A DNA stretch of 53,837 bases, filler included, from Sphacelaria rigidula (Eukaryota), in NCBI GenBank assembly GCA_964200075.2. It is 5 parts of 5 records of this genome, joined end to end, with 100 filler letters (N's around TTAATTAATTAA, not from the genome) between each part and the next. Parts side by side here need not be neighbours in the genome. Positions count along the whole stretch, not along the records: positions 1 to 10,689 come from CAXNAA020006075.1; positions 10,790 to 21,477 come from CAXNAA020006076.1; 3 more parts are not named here. One strand, written 5' to 3'. The position numbers were made by a program, and so were the translations under genes. Position 1 is the first letter of the stretch; each line of letters starts with the position of its first letter. Below the pieces are notes generated by a model, which saw nothing but the letters and a program-made list of their open reading frames with translations, did no database searches and was not told the origin of the DNA. Below, one piece after another: positions 1 to 12,186 of this stretch.

Positions 1-435
1 CGTAACACACCCCCCCCCGGGCACCCCTTTTCCGCCGTCCCCTCCCCTCACTCACCCCCCCCCCCCCCCCCCTGAAACCGACTTCATCAATGTGATTTAT
101 ATACTATTACGCAACATCTGTCAATGTTTGGGCTCTTGATGAGTTTCCTAATGTACTGGACTCGGAAATTTCGAAAACGTGGCCTGGAATAGCGTTAGAG
201 AACTGCCCAGGAGCAATGCGCTGAACTAGCAATATCTGCCTCGTAAAGAGTCGCGAAAAATTGCTGGTGGAAGTGTTTCGCAGTGTAGCACTTTCTCAGC
301 CTTGCAATCACAAACAATTTGCTCTCTCTACGTGGTTTTTTGTCCAGTGCCTGCTTCTTGTCGTGGCCTCTCCGCGTCGATGTGTTTTGAACATTGGGTA
401 CTCCGTCGTGTGCTATTGCTCCCCGATTCGTCAAG

Positions 436-2410
436 CATCATCTGCGGGCATCGTCAAGGAGCCCAAGACAGAGTTCCAAGAGCACATCCAAATGGCCAAG
501 GCGATGTCTAGGTCTCTCGTGGTGGCGGCCCCGCCGCCTCCGCCGTCGGTGGCGGATGATCCCGTAGGCGATGAGGTGCGTTGGTCGGGCGCTATTATTT
601 GCACGTGGAGTCGTTCCACGGTACGGTTGCACGAATATTTTCTGAGGCTGAAATCGTCAGGAGCCCTCTATCTCATCTGAAAAAACGATATATGGACAAC
701 GTGAGAGAACGTCGTGATTAGCATTCCGATGAGCTAGGGACATCCCAAAGGAATTCGAAAACGGGAATATTCCACACCTTAGACAGTGTATGGTCAATAG
801 TTGCAACAGACAAGAAAAGTACTGCATAAAGTATAGACCTAATTGCGAATATTGCCGGCCGGCAATAGTTGTTGTAATAGGCCTATACTTTATTCAGTAC
901 ACTTCTCGTATATTGCATCTGTTGACCATATACTGTCCAGGGTGTGGAATATTCCGAACCATATTCTTGTGTAGCTCTTGGTCCATATCCCTGTGTAGCT
1001 CCTAACTTTGGGAGCCCCTGAAGGAGAAGGATCTGGGCCCAAGCGTGCAACCCCTACCGTAGCATGACTCCGTACCGACGACATTTGTTGGCCCCTCACG
1101 CGCCAATCGGACATCTAGTGGTCCAGTTCATGATTGGCCCTCGGTGAAATGTGTCTCGACGTTGACTGATCAATATTATTTCTCTTGTCACAGGGGAGGT
1201 CCCTAATGCGCAGAATATTCGAGGTTTTCGTAAGCCATTCAGCGCGATAAAGTGTTTTTTCAATTTTTGGATCTTCACTACAGAAGTCTACGAATTTCTG
1301 TGTCTAGTTCGTCCAGTGAAGAAACACTTAGGACCGTGAATACTCGAACGACGCCTATCGCGATACTACGAGGTTTTGATCCATCGAGCGCATTACTGTT
1401 GGGTTTATGTTCATGGGGATGGTACAATAAGCACGCGTGTTTTTGTGCTTCATGACACGATTGGTCCACGTTAAGTCATAATCCAGAATACTTACCATTC
1501 GGAAAGCACGGTAAGGGCATGCGCTCCTGTTGTCCTTGCTGGTGTCCTTGCTGGTGTCCCTGTTGTTGATTGTCGCTGTTGCTTTGGTGTAATGCGTGTG
1601 CCCAACATCCGTAAACATTGCCACGAGCAGGAACTCGCGCTGACAGACCCAGCAGCATTCCAGGCGAAAGAGCGCCGCTTACTGCAAACCCTCAAAGACG
1701 TCGATGCAAAACTAGAGCGGCTACAACGAGATCGAGAAAACGCTCTCAAGAAGTGAGTGAATCGCAGGAGGGTTTGCGCAATTTCTCGTGGCCGTGAGAG
1801 TGGCTCTAATGCTACTATGGCATGGCTTTGTCGATCCCTCAATCAAGCACTAAGTATAGCAGGGCATGAATAACATATTCGCTGTCGTTGCTCAGTTCGT
1901 ACAATAGAGCATGTTCCATCGCCTTTAAGGACCCCTCTACGTGGCCTTCTTGGTCGCGAACTGGCCCCCCACACCCCAGGTGAAGCCAAGATGAAATCAT
2001 AGGGTACATTTCCAATGGGCAATGTTTTTCTTAGCGCACATGTCTCGCCGTGTTTTCTTTCGACGCTCGTCTTGGTATGCCCGCCTACTTTTCTCGCCAA
2101 GTAGATATGACCCGGTGGAGGCAGGCAAATGATATTGCGGAGCATTTGATCGGTTCGCCGCGCTTTTTCTGGCGAATGTGTGTGTGTGTGTGTGTATGTG
2201 CGTGTGTGCGTGTGCGTCTTTTGTTTTTTTCAAGGCTTGCGGCACACCGGGCTCTAAGCGCCAGAGTGTCCGCAGCAGCAACACCAGCAGCAACGTCTGA
2301 AGGGGGAACAGCCAGAACGGCGGACGAGGTGATGAATCAGTGCTATTGGTTGCCACGCTCGTTTGTGTAACCGAAAATTCATTAGCTTGAAAACCCTTTG
2401 CAGTGGTATT

Positions 2411-2443
<33 letters not shown>

Positions 2444-5400
2444 CATGGTAGCCAATGCATGTGTCGCGTGGAAGCGGTCAAGACCACTTCCCATAATACT
2501 GTACGAGACTTGCCTTTCTTTGGCTCGACATGTTGTTGAAAGCTCTTGTTCCCGCCCCCGTTTCTTCGTATGAATGACTCTTGTATTCACCAGGAACCAT
2601 TCTGCATCACTCGATAAAGTCCCCCACTCACCTACGTGTGGTTAGTCTTTCCTGTCCAGCGTCCCATGTTACGCGTGCTTGCCAGTGCCGACGGACGCCT
2701 GCACGCAGATAAAGTATTTCTGCACATCTGCAGGCGTATCGAAAATATGATCTACGTGGCACTGACCCCCCGCCCTCCCTTCTCGGCATTTCTGTGCGGT
2801 GTTGCGTTTCTCGAAAAGCAGGTGGTGGAACAACTTTTCCCTGACCGTGCAGAGCGAACACCCTCGCAGCGACGGGCTTCGCGAACGCCGCGGACCTCTA
2901 GGGCGGCGACACGCGCAAGCAGAGATGGCAGCAACGATAGGGCAGAAAAACAGCAGATGTTGTCGTTATCGTCGTCTTGCGCAGGAGACGATCGTCTGGA
3001 GGGCGGGCCGATCGATACCGATGACGGTACTGCTGCTGTAGCTGCTACTGAGAGCATGTCGGTGGACACAACGGTTGACCAGGAGGACGCCGACTGTCGG
3101 TTCCGCTCGGGTTGTGGTCGACAAGACGAGTCTGTGGGGTTAAGAATAGAGAGCCGGGGCGGTGCAAGCAAGGGCGCAGATGATGGGGCCGCGGACGTCG
3201 AGATTTGTGATGTTGACAGTGATGGCTATGATCGTAGTGATGGTCGTAGTATGGAAGGAGCGGCAACTTTTGTACGTCGACGAAGCAGCGGAGTGGGGTT
3301 GCGGCGAGAAAATCCTGCCGCTACGGGTGGTGGGGGCGGTGGCGGTGGTGAAACTGATGGGGGATGGAGGGGACAGGATGCCATTGGCACGAGGAGGTCG
3401 AGAAGAACGAAGAGAACGCTTTGGAGTATTGCCCAGCAGGCAGATGAGCTCAGCCAGTCCAATTTCGTCACCGGAGTGTTTGCGGACGTTTTCTGTAGCT
3501 CAGCGACGGGAACCTCCTCACCGCCGTTGCCGTCGAGAGCGGATACAGTGATATCGGGTGCAGGTGGAGCGATGGCTACACCACGTCGAGACGGCGGCCC
3601 GGTGAAGACGTCCGCGTCAATCGTGACCGCAGCGGCGTACGGCGATCCAAGCATGTTCAACAGTCGTCGTGCTCCCAAGAAAGACGAAAACGTGGTGGCG
3701 ACGGGTACCGCTACCTCAACTGCCGCAGGATTAAGGACCACGTGTGCCCTGGGTGGTACTGAAGTTGGCTCGGAAAACGCTGACGGTGACAACGGCGATA
3801 GCGGGGGTAATGCTGACGACCAGAGAGACCAGCAGGATGATAACGACGATATCGTGGGTGTTGATGGTCTTGACAGCGACCGAGCCAATGGTTATGGTAG
3901 TAACGGTGATGGTGGCGGTGGTGAGGACGATGATGCCGATGACGGTAGCGGTGTTAGTGGTAGTGTCGCGTCCGATCCTCCTGCTGCAGACGATGCTGTC
4001 CGCTGGCTATCACAGGTCCTGTCGGCCAACGACGCGGTGAAACCCTCAAACCAAAATTATAACCACGTCACCTCGGGTTCCACGTCGAGATCAACAGAGT
4101 CGGCACCAGCACCGGCGGAGGTGAGTGAAGCGGCCGAGAGAATGGCGGAGCGGCAGATAGCAGACGCGCCGCGGAGTGCACTTGCGCAGTTTTTTCCGGA
4201 CTGGGAGGAAAACATCCGGTTTGTTTGTAGGCAGAGTGTGACCGACCTTGAAGACGCTCTCCGCAGTTTGCGCGAGGCGCTCGTCGCCGAGGGGGTAGAA
4301 GGAGATGGGGAGTTATGTCGGAACGGGTCCAACCCGGCGAGACTCAAACATGACCGCTGCAAAGGCCAGCGGTTCGAGGGTGTGGAGAATGGCAAAGAAG
4401 AAGAGGAGGAGAAGGATGGGTGCTTGGATGCCCCAACGCGGCACTTCGCAGTGGGTGGTGGCTGGCATGGAAGGAGAAAGAGTAGCAAGGCGCGTGCACT
4501 ACGATTCTTCGAGAAGGTAATTGTGGAGACCTTGGCGTCGAAAACCCCTGGTGGTGGCATTGATGGTGGCGGTGATGACCAAGATGGCGGCAACAGAGGT
4601 TGCGGCAACCTGACCCCTGTTGCGCCCGCCGTTGAGAACAACCGCAGCGGCGGTGGTGACACCAATGACTGCGTCTCCGGCGATTGTTCGCAATTCTCGT
4701 GTTGTCACGAAAGCCCCAGTTGCCATGAGCACGATACAGATACAGCGAAGGACGACGCGGGTGTTGCGGGTGATGTTCCACCGTATGGAGCTGGCAGCGA
4801 GGGTCAAGACGTCGCCACCACAGGGCCGACCACGGCCGCGGGGGGAATTGCTTCGCCAGAAGGAGCGACTGATGACGTGATTGAGATTTGGTCTGGCGGT
4901 CACGAGGTCACGCCTCGCAGCACCGCGTTTCAGAGTGAGAAGGATTCCGAGCCAAACGCAAACGGTGAAGAGGAGAGCGGTGTGGGCGTCGACAAAAGTG
5001 GCGGTGGAGGTGCTAGTGGTGATGCTAGTGCTGGTAACTGTGGTGATGTAATTGCGGAGATAGAAGGTGAGGATATTTGATTTCACGGGGTCACAGCTGA
5101 GGTCCGCCGAGGCGTTCGGACGTGAGAATGGGGCAAGTTTTAGTCGAGTGGATGCAGACAGTCAAGTAGTCCTTGTACACCCGTCGCTTGACTCACGCTG
5201 GTTTGTTGGTTACTAGAGTCACCGTGTTGTCACGTAGTATCTTCTCGCATCGTTACAGGTGTAGTCGGTGTTGACTTCAGCGTACGATGGTAGCATGCGG
5301 TTGTTTGGGCGAAGCTATTTATCTCCGTGTGCTCCATTTCCATTCGCTCAAATTTTTTTGTCGCAGTCATTCTCCACCAGCAGCCCAACCTGATGGGTTG

Positions 5401-8400
5401 ATCGATTGATTGTCGCACGTTAACTGATCTCCGAGGGATCCCGGCGTGGTCATAATTCACAAGATAAGACATACCCAAGTTCATTAAGGCGGAAATGTTC
5501 GCTACGGAAAAGGATGAGTGAAGAAAAAAAAGAGGAGAAAATGGAGTAAACTGAAGAACTAATTAAGAACAAAAACAAGAGCTAATCAGGAAAAGGTAGG
5601 GGGAGGGAAAGGAAAGGAGAAGAACTAGAAAAGGAAAGAAGAGCAAGCGTTTCCGACGATAAATCAACAACAAAAACATACCACTCTGTACGGAAATATA
5701 GCTGGGATTTGAAGTGACGGGAATATAGGTGGGATACGTACAAAACAGCTGCTCGTGGCCCTACAGGCTGTTTCTGGGGTCCCCACATGGTTTCGATAGC
5801 ATTACCTCACGCACCGGAGGGGGGGGAGATTTTCCCCGGGTCACACGGGGATATTTGGGTGCCATCCCCGGTTTTCACAAAATCGTCAAGAAAATGTACC
5901 TTGTACCCAGTTTTCACTCATCCTGGCACACATCGACGACGCTTGCACGCCGGGCACTAACCCATATGGAGGCCAGGTCAGCCGCCCCGATTGCCGGAGG
6001 AAAGTTCGAAGGATAAGCTGAGACGAGCATAGCTGGGATTTGAGGTTCTAGCGGCATAACTCATGCCTGTTGACGTTTTTTTTCAAGCGTTGTTAATTGC
6101 CTAAACCCCTACAATGTGCCCGAAAGCGCCAAAACCGCACTGTTTGCGGAGGGCACCCATTAGAACCGACTACAGCAGCGCGAAGTAGCAGCACTCAGAG
6201 CTGAAAAAAACAATCCCCTGGAACGTGCACTTCAAGTCATCCTCCTGACAATGTCAGCGTTTGGCAGCGTCGCTGGGACTGTAAAAAGAAAGAACTTGTG
6301 AGATTATGTCTTTTTACAGTCCCGGCGACGTTGCCAGACGCTGACATTGTCAGGAGGATGACTTGAAGTGCACGTTCCAGGAGATTTTTTTTTACAGCTC
6401 TGAGTGCTGCTACTTCGCGCTGCTGTAGTCGGTGCTGATGGGTGCCCTCAGCAAACAGTGCGGTTTTGGCGCTTTCGGGCACATTGTAGGGGTTCAGGCA
6501 AAAAAACAACGCTTGAAAAAAACGTCAACCGGCATGAGTTATGCCGCTAGAACCTCAAATCCCAGCTCTATTTCCGTACAGAGTGATAGACGCGATCGGC
6601 TAGTGCAGCATGGCTTCAGGTGAAAAAGGCCATGCGCAAAAAAGCACATGCACCTATACACAAAACAAATTAAGAGGCCACGGAAGCAGATCGCGGCTCA
6701 GCTGATTGGAATCATACGAGTTGGAGGACCGTTCTACTTGGAGGACCATATTGTATTTGCACGAGCTCTCACCCACGAGCCCTGCAGAAGCAAGGCACCA
6801 AACTGCTGCTGTCAAACACAGAGAAGAAACTAAGAGCGAGCGAGCGACAGAGACAGAGACAAAAAGAGGCATGGAGAGAGATGGAGAGAGAAGCAAGAAG
6901 AAACGGACGCGATGAAACCTAAGGACAAAGCAGAATATTTTCAGGAGCACGAGCAGGAACACCGTAAGGCCGCAACCCAAGGGAACGGTCACAACCGATA
7001 AGAGAACACAAGGATTCATCAGTTTCCCATGTTAATCCCGTTTCTCCCGCTCATCCGTACCCGGGTACAGAACTCACACTTCGTAGTGCTCGATGGATTG
7101 ATTCACTGAACTAACAAACAAAGGCCCACTTCGCACCGTAAGCGATAAAAACAAAGCGTGGCTCAGTGGTACTACTATACTCAAACCCCAATACGTTTCA
7201 CGTTTACCACCGTGCGTGCGTGCAGGCGAGAATGCGGCCGCAGACGGAGCAAAAGAAAGCGAGGACGCAATCATCCTCAGCGGGGATAGCGGTCGGAGCG
7301 AGTTCGAAACATTGGACCTTACGGCTGCTGAGCTTCCCCCTCGCCACGCAAACGACACTTGCGGCGTCAAAGGTAGACATTCGGCTGGCAACGCCGCCGC
7401 GTCCGTTCCCAGTGTATTAGACGGCAACGCTGATGCCGGTGTCAATCGTGGTGCTATTGCTGGTGCTGGTGCTGGTGCTAGTTCACTCTTTGGACCAGCG
7501 CCCGCATCGCAGTCCGCCGATGCATTTGCCAATAGCGTTGGATATCGCGATGGTGGCAACGGTAGCGGGAGCAGCGACGGCGAAGGCGATGGTGCTACTC
7601 GGGGTGTTGCTGTTTGTGAGGATCATGGTGATGATGGACTAGTGGGTGCGGCGGCCGCTGACGCCTTGGTGAGGGGGGGCGGGGAGGACCACCACAATAT
7701 TTATGACGGAGATGTTGGTGTTGGCGACGATGGAGCCGACGAAGGCGAAAGCCCAAGCGTCGTCGACTACGTAGGAGACTCGGACGGCGAGGTGGAGGAG
7801 ATCGCTATGCCAGATGATGACTTTGGACACTACGACATGTACCACGACAACGGCTTGTATCCTGGCGAGGATTTACCGGCGCTCGCTGCAGAAGATTGCC
7901 GTTTTGCACCCCAGGACGATCCAGCGACCAGCGGCCCCGCCGCCGGAGGAATAGATGCACTGGAAAACTCCGCACCGGAGCAGCATCGCCAGCGGCCGTC
8001 AACAGCATTAGCAGACAGAAACACACCATTGACTACCAATGCAGATTCTTCGACGCCTGGCCGGCATCGACGCCGTTCCCCTTCGCCGGTGGGACAAATC
8101 AAAAGGTCGAGGACCAGCCCAACCGTCGCCGCTACTGCCGCCGCCACCGCTAGGTCTGCCGTCGACTCCTCTACTGCCGCTAGACCAAGCATTAACGAGC
8201 GGGATAAGAGCGAGTCAGACCCACTCCCCTCTTCGCTATCCTCTTATCCCTACTCCTGCCCTCGTGGCCGAGAGGTGAGCCATCCCTGGCCCTCGCCAAC
8301 CGGGGGGCTACACTCGCCGTCCAAAAGTCCCAGATGTAAATATCCTCAACATTCGTCTAGATCAGTGTCGTCGGGCCCAGCTGGGGTAACGCGAAGCCCG

Positions 8401-8833
8401 TCGCAACGTACCGGAAGAGCAGAAATGGGGTCGGCGACACTTGCGCCGCCGCGAGGCATCGGTGGTAGTTCTGGGCTCGATATGGCTCCCCCGGTGAGAC
8501 CGACGGGCCGGGAAGAGAGTGAGGGCAGGGGAGAGCGGGGAGAATCGAGAGGAGGCGTTTGTGGGACTCGGAGAGGGGAGGGAGACGGGGGGGCTGGTGC
8601 GGTGGAGAAGATGCCAGCGTACGAGGAGATGACCTTGCAGGAGCTGGCGGCTTTGGTGTCGGTTTACGGACTGAAGAAGAAATCGAAGAGGTAAACGTGG
8701 GCTACGGCAGTTGTACATGTTGGACGGAGATTTCTTGCTGGGTGACAGGTTGAGTATGCCGAGTGTGAGGTTTGTCATCCATCAGCTGGGATTGTACGGG
8801 AAGCACCAGCAAGCCACGATGCGTATAGCTTGA

Positions 8834-8868
<35 letters not shown>

Positions 8869-9955
8869 GAGGGGGGGGGTATTTTGCGGTGTTTCCGAAA
8901 ATTGTATCTGTTTGCCTGTCAGGTGATGCGATAAGAAATTCAAGCGTATCTTCACTGTACCGTGTTGTGTGTGACTCTCACGCTTTTCAGTCAGTGTTTT
9001 TCTGGGGCGGGGGGGGGGGTATAGTGTTTGTTCTCTGTCTTATCTATTAAAATATCGTATGTTTGCTCAATAAGTACCGTCCCGTACCTGCGCTGTCTAA
9101 ACTTTCCAACAGGGACATGATCGAGCGTTTGCAGAAAATATGGAACGCGCTTCACCCCGCCGCCGCGGCTGCGTCAGCTACGGTAGCAACGACGGTCGCC
9201 AGTAGCGAATGGGGGCGGGAACATACCGTTCCCGAGACCTGTCCTGAAGTCTACGACGACGACGCCTCCTTCGAAAATCTGTCCATCATGCCACCGTTAT
9301 CACAGCGACGGAAAAAGGCATCCTCCAGGGGTGCTACTAGTAGATGTGGTGGTGCTCGTCCGCCGGTAAGCTGTGTGTGTGTATGTGTATGTGTGTGTGT
9401 GTGTGTGTTTGTGTCTGTGTGTGCGTTTGATATCTGAGGCGATACTTTTATGGGAGCCTTTCCCACCTGAACTAAACAGCAACATTCAAGCTGCGTCTCG
9501 TACAATGAGGATCTCCAGGCAACCTGCGAGCGATGTTTTGTTCGTCTTTTTTTTCGGCGTTTCATGGGGTAGCCAACGCAATACCGAGGAACGTGAGCGT
9601 CCCCGCTTTTTTGGATAGATTGAGTTATCCATCGAAGCCTGCACCAGTTGTACGGTTATGATGTACGTGAACAGTGGGAAATAGTAACATTCTGTTCTGT
9701 TCCGCACCTGTTCCCTACTGGTTACCCCTGCCACTCCCCTCCTACCATGCCCTTGTTGTTGTTGTTTGGAATGCATATTGTGCTGCAGCCGTCGCCCCAA
9801 CCGCAAGCGGCGAGAGGTGAAAGCGAGGCCTCTAGTCCGCGACCGATAGAGCTGCTGCCCGAGCAGCAGCAGCAGCAAGAACAACAGCGGCATCCAGCAC
9901 AACGCCGCAGTAACAACAAGGAGGGGCTGGACGAGAAGATTCGCGCCGTGATTAC
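436..9955 (+). CDS. SLX4: SLX4-like structure-specific endonuclease scaffold, partial at both ends (7 exons, about 1550 aa visible)
   Basis: Phase-consistent GT-AG exon chain: 436-575, 1631-1752, 2235-2328, 2660-5066, 7226-8690, 9113-9365, 9789-9955. Splicing 8690 to 9113 gives MPAYEEMTLQELAALVSVYGLKKKSKRDMIERLQKIWNALH, resembling the SLX4 SAP-like domain. The first visible exon has EHIQMAKAMSRSL, resembling the SLX4 MLR A-x-A-x-S-R-S motif. The last exon ends LDEKIRAVI, as expected at the start of the SLX1-binding domain. The rest is low-complexity and probably disordered. Confidence 0.7.
764..955. repeat. Intronic palindrome/foldback of about 190 bp (MITE-like)
   Basis: The left arm GGAATATTCCACACCTTAGACAGTGTATGGTCAA pairs with TTGACCATATACTGTCCAGGGTGTGGAATATTCC. 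The centre TATTGCCGGCCGGCAATA is a perfect palindrome. Confidence 0.8.
2177..2442. repeat. (GT)n and (TA)n microsatellites
   Basis: GT run at about 2177-2215 and TA run at about 2410-2442. Further GT runs at about 8837-8864 and 9373-9425. Confidence 0.9.
5682..6585. mobile_element. Foldback (long inverted repeat) element with a nested insertion, in an SLX4-like intron
   Basis: Arms 6031-6289 and 6309-6567 are reverse complements, about 95% by eye, with a loop of about 19 nt. The right end (to 6585) also pairs with 5682-5711. The segment 5713-6028 lies between 15-bp direct repeats ATAGCTGGGATTTGA (5698-5712 and 6029-6043). Confidence 0.8.
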
Positions 9956-10386
9956 GTGAGAGTTTGCGGGGGAGCGTAGAGTCTATGCGAGTTGGTCGCT
10001 AACTTCCACGGCTGAATTTACATTTGGTTTCAGTGTAAATCATTGCATTTCGATCTTTAGTGGTGGGGAGGGGGAGGGAGCGGAAGGGGGTGGCGTACTC
10101 ATTTGTTCCTTGCCTTAGTCGTTTGACCATTGACCACGCATCCCTTTCGAGACGGAGCTTTTTATTGTGTGGGGGGGAGGGGGTCACAAGTGTCCGGTAG
10201 CGTGCGCATGACGCATTTTTTGCAAAAATCGGCGCCGAAAGGCGCTGATTTACGCTCTACCGACACACATTTGCTTTCCTGGAAGGAGGTGTCAAGACGG
10301 GACTAAAGTATGCATTACTATTTTCCTGGGCTGGAAACAGCACGGTGGTGGTGGTGAAGGGGCAGACTGGCTGCACTCGGCGTACT

Positions 10387-10617
10387 CTTTTTTCTGTCTT
10401 TCCTTTTCGTCACTTTTTTAACTCGTTCCCTTCCTTGGGACGAGTCCGTGGTCTCAAGGGGTCAACCCGTCTCCCCACGGTACACGCCTTTTCATTTTGG
10501 TCTCGCGGACTGGATCAACCATCTCTTCTGCCACGCGTCAACTCTCGTCAAAGAAGCTCAAGTCAATTGTTTTTTTGTGTAATTACGTTCTCACGCTTTC
10601 AATGGTACTGTGGAGTC
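10387..10617 (-). mobile_element. SINE-family body, lacking the head seen in the 24293-24597 copy
   Basis: TTCCTTGGGACGAGTCCGTGGTCTCAAGGGGTCAAC...ACGTTCTCACGCTTTC aligns by eye with about 24328-24495. Confidence 0.6.
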
Positions 10618-10689
10618 CTTCTGCGATAGACTCCCCCCCCCCCCCCCCCAAAAAAAAAAAAAAAAAACTCAAAACTCCACCACAAAAAA

Positions 10690-10789
10690 NNNNNNNNNNN
10701 NNNNNNNNNNNNNNNNNNNNNNNNNNNNNNNNNTTAATTAATTAANNNNNNNNNNNNNNNNNNNNNNNNNNNNNNNNNNNNNNNNNNNN
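10690..10789. other. Artificial contig spacer
   Basis: N44-TTAATTAATTAA-N44, giving stops in all six frames. Confidence 0.99.
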
Positions 10790-11423
10790 GTTTGTGGGGG
10801 AGGCGGCGGTGGGGGGGGGGGAGGGGGGGGGGGGGGGGGGTGGGGGGGGTGGGCTCTTGAAACTCGCGCGGTAGCCTTGAATCGCCCATTGTTTGATATT
10901 CGCTTGTGGCGGCGGAAAAAGAGGCGGCGCCGATATAACCTTGACGCGAGAAACAGCATTTACGAGAGCAAAACACTACGCGCATTAGTCTCGACAACCT
11001 TGTAATGATGACGCCGTTGTTCAGTCATCCCTGTTACCTCTTATACCGAAAAGCTGTTCCGCTGTGATGGTACCCTGCTGGTTTTACCGAAAGATAGTGC
11101 AACAAACATTACATACATCCTGTTACCTTTGACCGAAGACTACAAGCTATGGATTTCACCGAAATGTTGATGCGATACGATCGTCGTTGTTTACACCAAA
11201 ACATTCGCGATGATGGTTACGGATTTTACCAAACGTTGTTGAACTCCATGATCGCTATTGCTTCCACCAGAAGTTAACCCGCTAAGATCGGAGCTGCTAT
11301 TCAGATAGAAAGGAGGGAAAATATATGTAGAGAGAGTGCTTACAATCCAAGGGCAAGATGAATGAAAAGAAAAAAAAACACGTAATGCTTGATTCGTTAG
11401 AATGGTTATGGCATCGCGATCAC

Positions 11424-12139
11424 CTAACGCTGTTCCACCTCCATAAACTTGTCCAGCTCCTCGCCGCCCTCCTCTGCCTCGCCTCGGCACGCGCATCCGC
11501 TTGTCCGACAGCACCTCCACAGTATCCTTGTGAATTGCGGCGATGTTGCCCGTGAGCAAGCGCACGTGATTCCCCTCGTCCCTTCTAAAGAGCCTGCTAG
11601 TCCTCCTGTTGGTCTTCCCGCCGATGCCGCTACCAGTGCTACTATTGCCACTGCCGTGCGTCATTTTTTCGTTCCCGCCTGCCGGCCGCCCGGCGCCTAC
11701 AAAACCAGTGTTCTCACTGTCCGTTTGCGATGATGATGCTGATGGTAGCAATGATGGTGTTTCGGCGCTCACACACACCATATCACCCACCGAGAGAGAC
11801 AGATCTGCTAGAGCTTTTGCCCATTTCGGCCGCTTTGCAGGTGCCCATTTCGGCCTCTGATCGACCCCTGCGCCATCCTCCCCGCCAAGCACCCTCTTCC
11901 GCAGGATCTCACGCGGCACAGCCCATCCTCTCGCGAACACGTGCAGAAATCGTTTCTCCCCTTTGTTTTTTGGCGGAGCAGTAGAGCTACAGGTAGTGGT
12001 CGGAGATCTGCGACCGGCCATGTTCGGAGATGCCCCACCGGTATTATTTGGAGATCCTTTACCGGTCACATGCGGAGACACCCTGCTTGGTGACCTTGCA
12101 CTGTTGTTTATACTACCTTTGTTGCTCCTACTGACACCG

Positions 12140-12186
<47 letters not shown>

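Noticed and set aside
1530..1566. 12-bp tandem TGTCCTTGCTGG, about 3 copies
   Set aside because: Ordinary intronic slippage repeat.
10734..10745. TTAATTAATTAA recurring about every 10.8 kb
   Set aside because: Synthetic spacer inside the N runs.
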